39,863 bases of DNA from a virus (lineage: Duplodnaviria; Heunggongvirae; Uroviricota; Caudoviricetes). This document shows, piece after piece, positions 25,030 to 32,949 of this stretch (positions are counted from its first letter, which is position 1; each line of letters opens with the position of its first letter). The stretch spans positions 1 to 39,863 of IMG/VR virus record IMGVR_UViG_2563366928_000005, one strand, 5' to 3'. A program made the translations under genes and the position numbers. The notes below the pieces were generated by a model. That model saw only the letters and a program-made list of their open reading frames with translations. It was not told the DNA's origin and ran no database searches.

Positions 25030-26618
25030 AACGAACGCCTGTCCTGATTGATGTGAACGGCGTTCCGCTTCGGGAGAGCCTCAGCTACAACGGTGGCGGT
25101 GCAGGATTTGGCGGGCAAATGGCAGAGTGGTTGCCACCCTCGCAGAGTGCCGATGCGGCCCTGCTGCCCGCGTTGCGTCTGGGGAATGCCCGTGCAGATG
25201 ATCTGGTGCGCAATAACGGAATAGCGGCCAATGCGGTGGCCCTGCATAAGGATCACATTGTCGGGCATATGTTTCTGATCAGCTACCGTCCGAACTGGCG
25301 CTGGCTGGGGATGCGGGAGACCGCGGCAAAAAGTTTTGTCGATGAGGTGGAGGCGGCCTGGTCAGAATACGCAGAAGGGATGTTTGGTGAGATCGACGTG
25401 GAAGGGAAACGCACGTTTACGGAATTTATCCGTGAAGGTGTGGGCGTTCATGCGTTTAACGGCGAAATCTTTGTGCAGCCGGTCTGGGATACGGAGAGCA
25501 CGCAACTGTTTCGTACGCGTTTTAAAGCCGTGAGTCCGAAACGGGTGGACACGCCAGGACACGGTATCGGGAACCGTTTTCTGCGGGCCGGTGTGGAGGT
25601 TGATCGATATGGCCGTGCCGTTGCGTACCATATCTGTGAGGATGATTTTCCTCGCTCCGGGAGTGGACGATGGGAACGGATCCCGCGTGAACTTCCCACC
25701 GGGCGTCCGGCCATGCTGCATATTTTCGAGCCGGTGGAGGACGGGCAGACCCGTGGAGCCAATCAGTTTTACAGCGTTATGGAACGGCTGAAGATGCTGG
25801 ATTCCCTGCAGGCAACACAGCTTCAGTCGGCCATAGTGAAGGCGATGTATGCAGCGACGATTGAAAGTGACCTTGATACCGAAAAGGCCTTTGAATATAT
25901 CGCCGGTGCGCCGCAGGGGCAGAAGGATAATCCGCTTATTAATATTCTGGATAAGTTCTCCACCTGGTATGACACGAATAGCGTGGCGCTGGGCGGTGTC
26001 AAAATTCCGCACCTTTTCCCCGGTGATGATCTGAAACTTCAGACCGCGCAGGATTCAGACAATGGATTTTCGGCGCTTGAACAGGCGCTGCTGCGGTATA
26101 TCGCCGCCGGTCTTGGCGTTTCCTACGAACAGTTGTCCCGTGATTACTCGAAGGTCAGTTATTCAAGTGCCCGCGCATCCGCCAATGAGTCGTGGCGCTA
26201 TTTTATGGGGCGGCGAAAATTTATTGCGTCCCGACTGGCCACGCAGATGTTTTCCTGCTGGCTGGAAGAGGCACTTCTTCGGGGGATTATTCGTCCGCCA
26301 CGGGCACGTTTTGATTTTTATCAGGCGCGATCAGCCTGGTCACGGGCTGAGTGGATTGGAGCCGGAAGAATGGCCATTGACGGGCTCAAGGAGGTTCAGG
26401 AATCAGTGATGCGCATTGAGGCCGGACTGAGCACGTATGAGAAAGAGCTGGCGCTGATGGGCGAGGATTATCAGGACATTTTCCGCCAGCAGGTCAGGGA
26501 ATCTGCAGAGCGGGAAAAAGCCGGACTCTCACGTCCGGTGTGGATAGCGCAGGCGTATCAGCAGCAGATAGCGGAGAGTCGCAGGCCGGAAGAGGAGACA
26601 ACACCACGTGAGACGTAA
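25026..26618 (+). CDS. B: Portal protein, gpB-like
   Basis: 530 aa in the lambda B position between W and C. Confidence 0.9.
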   Translation: MKRTPVLIDVNGVPLRESLSYNGGGAGFGGQMAEWLPPSQSADAALLPALRLGNARADDLVRNNGIAANAVALHKDHIVGHMFLISYRPNWRWLGMRETAAKSFVDEVEAAWSEYAEGMFGEIDVEGKRTFTEFIREGVGVHAFNGEIFVQPVWDTESTQLFRTRFKAVSPKRVDTPGHGIGNRFLRAGVEVDRYGRAVAYHICEDDFPRSGSGRWERIPRELPTGRPAMLHIFEPVEDGQTRGANQFYSVMERLKMLDSLQATQLQSAIVKAMYAATIESDLDTEKAFEYIAGAPQGQKDNPLINILDKFSTWYDTNSVALGGVKIPHLFPGDDLKLQTAQDSDNGFSALEQALLRYIAAGLGVSYEQLSRDYSKVSYSSARASANESWRYFMGRRKFIASRLATQMFSCWLEEALLRGIIRPPRARFDFYQARSAWSRAEWIGAGRMAIDGLKEVQESVMRIEAGLSTYEKELALMGEDYQDIFRQQVRESAEREKAGLSRPVWIAQAYQQQIAESRRPEEETTPRET

Positions 26619-28113
26619 TCTTTCACACATTATTGCAGCAGCATTCAATGAACCGCTGCTTCTGGAGCCCGCCTATGCGCGGGTTTTCTTTTGCGCGCTC
26701 GGGCGCGAGATGGGGGCAGCAAGTCTTTCGGTACCGCAACAGCAGGTACAGCTTGATGCTCCCGGGATGCTGGCTGAAACGGACGAGTACATGGCCGGAG
26801 GTAAACGACCGGCCCGTGTTTACCGGGTGGTGAACGGTATTGCGGTACTGCCGGTGACCGGCACGCTGGTGCACCGGCTGGGGGGGATGCGGCCATTTTC
26901 CGGAATGACTGGCTATGACGGCATTGTCGCCTGTCTTCAGCAGGCAATGGCAGATAGCCAGGTGCGGGGCATACTGCTGGACATTGACAGTCCGGGCGGG
27001 CAGGCCGCCGGCGCGTTTGACTGCGCTGACATGATTTACCGCCTCCGGCAGCAGAAGCCGGTCTGGGCACTGTGTAATGACACGGCCTGTTCTGCAGCCA
27101 TGCTGCTGGCGTCGGCCTGCTCCCGACGGCTGGTTACCCAGACATCCCGTATCGGCTCCATTGGCGTGATGATGAGCCATGTCAGCTATGCCGGTCATCT
27201 GGCGCAGGCCGGTGTGGATATCACGCTGATTTACTCAGGGGCGCACAAGGTGGATGGCAATCAGTTTGAAGCGTTGCCGGAAGAGATTCGCCAGGACATG
27301 CAGCAGCGGATTGATGCGGCGCGCCGGATGTTTGCCGAAAAAGTGGCGATGTATACCGGTCTGTCTGTTGATGCCGTCACGGGAACAGAGGCCGCCGTTT
27401 TTGAAGGTCAGTCCGGCATTGAGGCCGGGCTGGCGGATGAATTAATCAATGCGTCGGATGCCATCAGCGTGATGGCTGCGGCGCTGAACACACATGATAC
27501 AGGAGGCACTATGCCGCAATTAACTGCAACGGAAGCCGCCGTGCAGGAGAACCAGCGAGTGATGGGGATCCTGACGTGTCAGGAAGCGAAAGGACGTGAA
27601 CACCTTGCCACGATGCTGGCAGGACAACAGGGCATGAGCGTTGAACAGGCCCGGGCGATTCTGACCGCGGCAGCACCACAGCAGCCGGTGGCATCCACGC
27701 AGAGTGAAGCCGATCGCATTATGGCGTGTGAAGAGGCTAAAGGTCGTGAACAACTGGCGGCAACGCTGGCGGCGATGCCGGAGATGACGGTGGAAAAAGC
27801 CCGCCCGATCCTTGCGGCTGCACCACTGGCGGATGCCGGACCCTCACTCCGTGATCAGATTATGGCTCTGGATGAGGCAAAAGGGGCTGAGGCGCAGGCT
27901 GAAAAACTGGCGGCGTTTCCCGGAATGACGGTGGAGGCTGCCCGCGACATTCTGTCCTCATCGCCGGATAAAGCAGAACCGGTCTCTGCATCCACAACCG
28001 CCCTGTTTGAACATTTCATGGCGAATCATTCACCGGCAGCGGTGCGGGGTGGCGTGTCACAGACGTCAGCAGACGGTGATGCGGACGTGAAAATGCTCAT
28101 GGCCATGCCATGA
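26608..28113 (+). CDS. C: Prohead protease / minor capsid protein, gpC-like, with C-terminal scaffold-like repeats
   Basis: 501 aa; N-terminal ClpP/S49-like protease region; C-terminal three tandem roughly 50-aa repeats (EAKGRE...MTVE.AR.IL). Confidence 0.85.
   Translation: MRRNLSHIIAAAFNEPLLLEPAYARVFFCALGREMGAASLSVPQQQVQLDAPGMLAETDEYMAGGKRPARVYRVVNGIAVLPVTGTLVHRLGGMRPFSGMTGYDGIVACLQQAMADSQVRGILLDIDSPGGQAAGAFDCADMIYRLRQQKPVWALCNDTACSAAMLLASACSRRLVTQTSRIGSIGVMMSHVSYAGHLAQAGVDITLIYSGAHKVDGNQFEALPEEIRQDMQQRIDAARRMFAEKVAMYTGLSVDAVTGTEAAVFEGQSGIEAGLADELINASDAISVMAAALNTHDTGGTMPQLTATEAAVQENQRVMGILTCQEAKGREHLATMLAGQQGMSVEQARAILTAAAPQQPVASTQSEADRIMACEEAKGREQLAATLAAMPEMTVEKARPILAAAPLADAGPSLRDQIMALDEAKGAEAQAEKLAAFPGMTVEAARDILSSSPDKAEPVSASTTALFEHFMANHSPAAVRGGVSQTSADGDADVKMLMAMP
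27511..28113 (+). CDS. nu3: Nested in-frame scaffold protein, Nu3-like (internal start within C)
   Basis: In-frame ATG at 27511 preceded by ACAGGAGG RBS, located where lambda Nu3 initiates inside C. Confidence 0.45.
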   Translation: MPQLTATEAAVQENQRVMGILTCQEAKGREHLATMLAGQQGMSVEQARAILTAAAPQQPVASTQSEADRIMACEEAKGREQLAATLAAMPEMTVEKARPILAAAPLADAGPSLRDQIMALDEAKGAEAQAEKLAAFPGMTVEAARDILSSSPDKAEPVSASTTALFEHFMANHSPAAVRGGVSQTSADGDADVKMLMAMP

Positions 28114-28149
28114 AGTCAGTGCTGACCATCAATATGAGGTTTTTACAAT

Positions 28150-28497
28150 ATGGTAACGAAAACCATCACTGAACAGCGTGCGGAAGTACGTATTTTTGCC
28201 GGTAATGATCCGGCTCACACCGCCACAGGCAGCAGCGGGATTTCCTCGGCAACACCGGCACTGACACCCCTGATGCTGGATGGGGCCACCGGGAAACTGG
28301 TGGTCTGGGACGGACAGAAAGCCGGTAGTGCGGTTGGCATACTGGTACTGCCGCTTGAAGGCACAGAGGCGGTGCTGACGTATTACAAGTCGGGGACCTT
28401 TGCGACGGAGGCAATCCGCTGGCCTGAAAGTGTGGATGAACACAAAAAGGCCAACGCCTTTACCGGCAGTGCCCTGAGTCACGCGGCGCTGCCGTAA
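28150..28497 (+). CDS. D: Head decoration protein, gpD-like
   Basis: 115 aa; NDPAHTATG, TPLMLD, VVWDGQ and YYKSGTF parallel lambda gpD. Confidence 0.9.
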   Translation: MVTKTITEQRAEVRIFAGNDPAHTATGSSGISSATPALTPLMLDGATGKLVVWDGQKAGSAVGILVLPLEGTEAVLTYYKSGTFATEAIRWPESVDEHKKANAFTGSALSHAALP

Positions 28498-28554
28498 CAC
28501 GTTATCAGGCCACCGCGTTGGCCTGACTGATTTCTTAATAAAAGGAACTGATTT

Positions 28555-29583
28555 ATGGGATTGTTTACGACCCGCCAGTTACTCGGTTATACCGAACAAA
28601 AAGTGAAATTCCGTGCGCTGTTTCTGGAGCTGTTTTTCCGCCGCACGGTGAATTTCCACACCGAAGAGGTGATGCTGGACAAAATTACCGGAAAAACGCC
28701 GGTGGCGGCCTATGTCTCCCCGATCGTTGAAGGAAAAGTGCTTCGCCATCGCGGTGGTGAAACCCGCGTGTTACGTCCGGGCTACGTCAAGCCCAAACAC
28801 GAATTTAATTACCAGCAGGCGGTTGAGCGCCTTCCTGGTGAAGATCCGGCTCAGCTGAACGACCCGGCCTACCGTCGTCTGCGTATCATTACCGATAACC
28901 TCAAACAGGAAGAGCACGCCATTGTCCAGGTGGAAGAAATGCAGGCGGTGAATGCCGTGCTGTATGGCAAATACACCATGGAAGGGGATCAGTTTGATAC
29001 TGTCGAGGTGGATTTCGGGCGCTCTGAAGGAAATAACATTGAGCAGGCTGACGGTAAAAAATGGTCTGAGCAGGACCGTGATACGTTTGATCCGACGCAT
29101 GATATTGACCTCTACTGCGATCAGGCCAGCGGCCTTGTGAATATCGCCATTATGGACGGTACGGTCTGGCGTCTGCTGAATGGCTTTAAGCTGTTCCGCG
29201 AAAAACTGGATACCCGTCGCGGCTCAAATTCACAACTCGAAACGGCAGTGAAAGACCTGGGGGCGGTGGTGTCCTTCAAGGGGTATTACGGCGATCTGGC
29301 CATTGTGGTGGCGAAAACGTCTTATGTGGCAGAGGACGGTACCGAAAAACGTTATCTGCCGGAGGGCACACTGGTCCTGGGGAATACGGCAGCAGAGGGC
29401 ATTCGTTGCTATGGTGCCATTCAGGATGCGCAGGCGTTGTCCGAAGGTGTGGTGGCCTCTTCCCGTTATCCGAAACACTGGCTGACTGTGGGCGATCCGG
29501 CCCGTGAATTCACCATGACGCAGTCCGCACCGCTGATGGTGCTGCCGGATCCGGATGAGTTTGTGGTGGTACAGGTGAAATAA
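28555..29583 (+). CDS. E: Major capsid protein, gpE-like
   Basis: 342 aa; matches lambda gpE along its length as I recall it (YVSPIV, PGYVKPKHE, TGDPAREFTM QSAPLM). Confidence 0.95.
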   Translation: MGLFTTRQLLGYTEQKVKFRALFLELFFRRTVNFHTEEVMLDKITGKTPVAAYVSPIVEGKVLRHRGGETRVLRPGYVKPKHEFNYQQAVERLPGEDPAQLNDPAYRRLRIITDNLKQEEHAIVQVEEMQAVNAVLYGKYTMEGDQFDTVEVDFGRSEGNNIEQADGKKWSEQDRDTFDPTHDIDLYCDQASGLVNIAIMDGTVWRLLNGFKLFREKLDTRRGSNSQLETAVKDLGAVVSFKGYYGDLAIVVAKTSYVAEDGTEKRYLPEGTLVLGNTAAEGIRCYGAIQDAQALSEGVVASSRYPKHWLTVGDPAREFTMTQSAPLMVLPDPDEFVVVQVK

Positions 29584-29591
29584 TCCGTGAG

Positions 29592-29620
29592 CGGGGGCGA
29601 AATGCCCCCGTGTCTTTTTT
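29592..29620 (+). terminator. Intrinsic terminator-like hairpin immediately after the major capsid gene
   Basis: CGGGGGC-GAAAT-GCCCCCG 7-bp stem followed by TGTCTTTTTT. Confidence 0.5.
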
Positions 29621-29634
29621 CACAGGAGGCTGAG

Positions 29635-30018
29635 ATGGCAACAAAAGAAGAAAATCTGAATCGTCTTCGTCAACTGGCTGGCCTGCTGGGGCGCGAGGCG
29701 GATATGTCGGGGAGTGCTGCGGATATTGCTCAACGTGTGTCTGAGTGGGAAGAGGAGCTTGCTGTTTCCCCGGAGGGCATTATGCACTCTGATGAGAGCG
29801 GGGCTGATCAAAATCACACAGACGATGGTGAGCAGTTGCACAACACTGATGCTACGGATGATGTTAAAGCGGTCCGTGTGCGGAAATGCCTGCATGTGAT
29901 GGGGTATTGCCCGGAGACAGGCCGTCCCGTTGAACTGACGTACCGGGGCATGCGTGTTATGGTGCCATCACCACTGGCGACAGCCATGATACAGCACGGA
30001 ACGGCTGAGCATGCGTGA
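29635..30018 (+). CDS. FI: DNA packaging protein FI-like
   Basis: ATG at 29635 after AGGAGG RBS; 127 aa acidic protein in the lambda FI position. Confidence 0.7.
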   Translation: MATKEENLNRLRQLAGLLGREADMSGSAADIAQRVSEWEEELAVSPEGIMHSDESGADQNHTDDGEQLHNTDATDDVKAVRVRKCLHVMGYCPETGRPVELTYRGMRVMVPSPLATAMIQHGTAEHA

Positions 30019-30364
30019 TTTTCAGAATGCCTTTGATGCTGCCCTTGCCGGGGTGGACAGCACGATTGTTGAAGTGATGGGGCTCTGTGCGCAGTTCACC
30101 TCGGGAGCACAGCGTGGAAGCGAAGTTCAGGGGGTTTTTGACGATCCGGAGTCGCTGGGTTTTGCCGGTGGCGGGGGCCGTATTGAAGGAAGCAGCCCGT
30201 CATTATTTGTGCGGACGGATACGGTGCGTGCCGTGCGGCGTGGTGACACGCTGACCATTAACGGCGAGATGTTCTGGGTGGATCGTGTTTCTCCGGATGA
30301 CGGGGGCAGCTGTTATCTCTGGCTCAACCGTGGGCAACCACCCGCTGTTAACCGGCGACGATAA
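30011..30364 (+). CDS. FII: Head-tail connector protein, gpFII-like
   Basis: 117 aa; EGSSPSLFVRTD and WVDRVSPDDGGSC match lambda FII. Confidence 0.9.
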   Translation: MRDFQNAFDAALAGVDSTIVEVMGLCAQFTSGAQRGSEVQGVFDDPESLGFAGGGGRIEGSSPSLFVRTDTVRAVRRGDTLTINGEMFWVDRVSPDDGGSCYLWLNRGQPPAVNRRR

Positions 30365-30379
30365 ACGCAGGGTGAAATT

Positions 30380-30913
30380 ATGGCGATAAAAGGGCTTGAT
30401 CAGGCGATTGATAATCTGAGCCGGGTTCGTAAAAACGCCATTCCGGCGGCTTCAGCAATGACGATTAACCGCGTGGCCACAACGGCGATTAATCAGTCTT
30501 CATCACAGGTTGCCCGGGAGACAAAGGTACGCCGGAAACTGGTAAAGGAACGGTCCAGACTGAAACGGGCGACGGTCAGAAATCCGAATGCCAGAATTAT
30601 CGTTAACCGCGGTGATCTTCCAGTGATTAAGCTGGGGATCAGGATGCTGGGCCGTCGTCCGGACAGCATACTTAAAGCCGGTCAGCATCGGTATCAGCGG
30701 GCATTCATTCAGCGATTAAAAAACGGTCGCTGGCATGTCATGCAGCGTGTGGCCGGGAAAAACCGTTACCCTATTGATGTGGTGAAAATCCCGATGGCGG
30801 CCCCACTGAAACAGGCGTTTGATGAGAATGTTGACCGTATCCGGTGTGAACGCCTGCCCGGAGAACTGGCATCCGCGCTGAAACAACAACTGAGGATTGC
30901 GATAAAACGATGA
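30380..30913 (+). CDS. Z: Tail completion protein, gpZ-like
   Basis: 177 aa in the lambda Z position between FII and U. Confidence 0.75.
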   Translation: MAIKGLDQAIDNLSRVRKNAIPAASAMTINRVATTAINQSSSQVARETKVRRKLVKERSRLKRATVRNPNARIIVNRGDLPVIKLGIRMLGRRPDSILKAGQHRYQRAFIQRLKNGRWHVMQRVAGKNRYPIDVVKIPMAAPLKQAFDENVDRIRCERLPGELASALKQQLRIAIKR

Positions 30914-31305
30914 AACACACTGACATTCGTGCCGCAGTGCTGGATGCACTCGAGCAGCATGAACACGGGGCGACGCTGTTTGATGGTCGCCCCGTTGTTT
31001 TTGACGAAGAGGATTTTCCTGCGATCGCGGTTTATCTGACGGATGCAGAGTATACCGGTGAAGAGCTGGATGCAGATACCTGGCGGGCCACGCTGCATAT
31101 TGAGGTGTTTTTACCGGCACAGGTACCGGATTCAGAGCTTGATCAGTGGATGGAAAGCCGGATTTACCCGGCGATGACTGCGATCCCGGCACTGGCAGGA
31201 CTGATTACCACGATGGTTACGCAGGGCTATGAGTATCGTCGTGATGACGATATGGCGTTATGGAGCTCTGCGGATCTGACTTATTCCATTACATACGAGA
31301 TGTGA
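30910..31305 (+). CDS. U: Tail terminator protein, gpU-like
   Basis: 131 aa; near-colinear with lambda gpU ([43 protein letters not shown]). Confidence 0.9.
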   Translation: MKHTDIRAAVLDALEQHEHGATLFDGRPVVFDEEDFPAIAVYLTDAEYTGEELDADTWRATLHIEVFLPAQVPDSELDQWMESRIYPAMTAIPALAGLITTMVTQGYEYRRDDDMALWSSADLTYSITYEM

Positions 31306-31312
31306 GGACGAT

Positions 31313-32059
31313 ATGGCAACACCAAATCCCCTGGAGCCGGTAAAAGGTGCCGGTACCACTCTGTGGGTTTACAACGGCAAGGCTGATGCTTATGCAAACC
31401 CGTTGTCAGACGATGACTGGCAGCGACTGGCTAAGGTGAAGGATCTGACGCCGGGCGAGATGACGGCTGAACCCTACGATGATAACTACCTGGATGATGA
31501 AGACGCGGACTGGACCGCGACCGGGCAGGGACAGAAATCTGCAGGTGATACCAGTTTTACGCTGGCCTGGAAACCGGGAGAGGAAGGTCAGAAAGGGCTT
31601 ATAGGCTGGTTTGAAAGCGGCGATGTCCGGGCCTATAAAATCCGTTTTCCGAATGGCACGGTGGATGTGTTTCGTGGCTGGGTCAGCAGTATCGGTAAGG
31701 CCGTGACGGCGAAAGAAGTGATCACCCGCACGGTGAAAGTCACTAACGTGGGTAAACCTTCTGTAGCGGAAGAACGCAGCAAAATTACGCCGGTCACTGC
31801 GATTAAGGTAACGCCGACAGGTACGGTTGAAAAAGGGAAAACAACCACCCTGACCGTTACTGTGGAACCGGAAAATGCAACGGATAAGACATTCAGGGCG
31901 ATTTCCGCCGATCCATCAAAAGCCACCATTAGCGTGAAAGATATGACGATTACTGTGACGGGGGTTAAGGATGGAAAAGTCAGCATCCCTGTGATTTCCG
32001 GTAATGGTCAGTTTGCTGCGGTGGCTGAAATTACCGTTAATAATGTGCCGGGTGGCTAA
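31313..32059 (+). CDS. V: Major tail tube protein, gpV-like
   Basis: 248 aa in the lambda V position; C-terminal region repetitive, T/V-rich. Confidence 0.85.
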   Translation: MATPNPLEPVKGAGTTLWVYNGKADAYANPLSDDDWQRLAKVKDLTPGEMTAEPYDDNYLDDEDADWTATGQGQKSAGDTSFTLAWKPGEEGQKGLIGWFESGDVRAYKIRFPNGTVDVFRGWVSSIGKAVTAKEVITRTVKVTNVGKPSVAEERSKITPVTAIKVTPTGTVEKGKTTTLTVTVEPENATDKTFRAISADPSKATISVKDMTITVTGVKDGKVSIPVISGNGQFAAVAEITVNNVPGG

Positions 32060-32077
32060 AGAGCTGAGAGATAAGCG

Positions 32078-32509
32078 ATGTTCCTGAAAACAGAACAATT
32101 TGAATATAACGGTGTATCCGTCACGCTTTCTGAGCTGTCTGCGCTGCAGCGTATTGAGCATCTTGCCCTCCTGAAACGGCGGGCAGAAGAGGCTGAAGCC
32201 AGCGGCAACCTGCAGGTGAGTGTGGAAGATCTTGTCAGAACCGGCGCGTTTCTGGTGGCGATGTCCCTGTGGCATAACCATCCACAGAAAACGCAGTCAC
32301 CGTCAATGAATGAGGCCGTGATGAAGATAGAGCAGGAAGTGCTCACCACCTGGCCTGCCGATGCCATTGCCCGGGCGGAAGACGTGGTGTTGTGCCTGTC
32401 CGGGATGATCGAAGCTGTTCGTCCGGATACTGATATTACTGAAGTGGCGAAAAATAACACGCTGACTGATGATGATTTTTCTGCGGGAAAGTCTTCGACG
32501 GCGAGCTGA
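32078..32509 (+). CDS. G: Tail assembly chaperone, gpG-like
   Basis: 143 aa, ends shortly after the slippery heptamer. Confidence 0.8.
   Translation: MFLKTEQFEYNGVSVTLSELSALQRIEHLALLKRRAEEAEASGNLQVSVEDLVRTGAFLVAMSLWHNHPQKTQSPSMNEAVMKIEQEVLTTWPADAIARAEDVVLCLSGMIEAVRPDTDITEVAKNNTLTDDDFSAGKSSTAS
32485..32491 (+). promoter_or_regulatory. Programmed -1 ribosomal frameshift site (G-T)
   Basis: Slippery heptamer G GGA AAG in the G reading frame; the -1 frame continues into the T ORF (…GKVFDGELNFALRLAREMGRPDW…). Confidence 0.8.
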
Positions 32510-32949
32510 ACTTTGCCCTCAGACTGGCGCGTGAGATGGGGAGACCCGACTGGCGCGCCATGCTTGCCGGGATGACATCCACCGAATATGCCGACTGGCA
32601 CCGTTTTTACCGCACGCATTATTTTCAGGATACCCAGCTGGATATGCATTTTTCCGGGCTGACGTACGCTGTACTCAGCCTGTTTTTTTGCGATCCGGAT
32701 ATGCATCCCTCTGATTTCAGTCTGCTTGTCCCCCGGCATGAGGAAGAGCAGGTGGAGAGGCCGGATGAGGACAAAATGCTGATGCAGAAAGCGGCAGGAC
32801 TTGCCGGAGGCGTCCGGTTCGGTGGGGACGGAGGGCGCGATATTTTATCGTCTGCGGATGTGGCGGATGTCATGGTGGATGATGCCGCATTAATGATGGC
32901 TTCAGCGGGGATTCCGGGAGGTGTGAGATATGTCCCAGCCGGTTGGTGA
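32491..32949 (+). CDS. T: Tail assembly protein T-like, expressed as G-T fusion by -1 frameshift
   Basis: Open -1 frame from the slippery site to 32949, overlapping the H start; no independent RBS. Confidence 0.75.
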   Translation, partial: VFDGELNFALRLAREMGRPDWRAMLAGMTSTEYADWHRFYRTHYFQDTQLDMHFSGLTYAVLSLFFCDPDMHPSDFSLLVPRHEEEQVERPDEDKMLMQKAAGLAGGVRFGGDGGRDILSSADVADVMVDDAALMMASAGIPGGVRYVPAGW

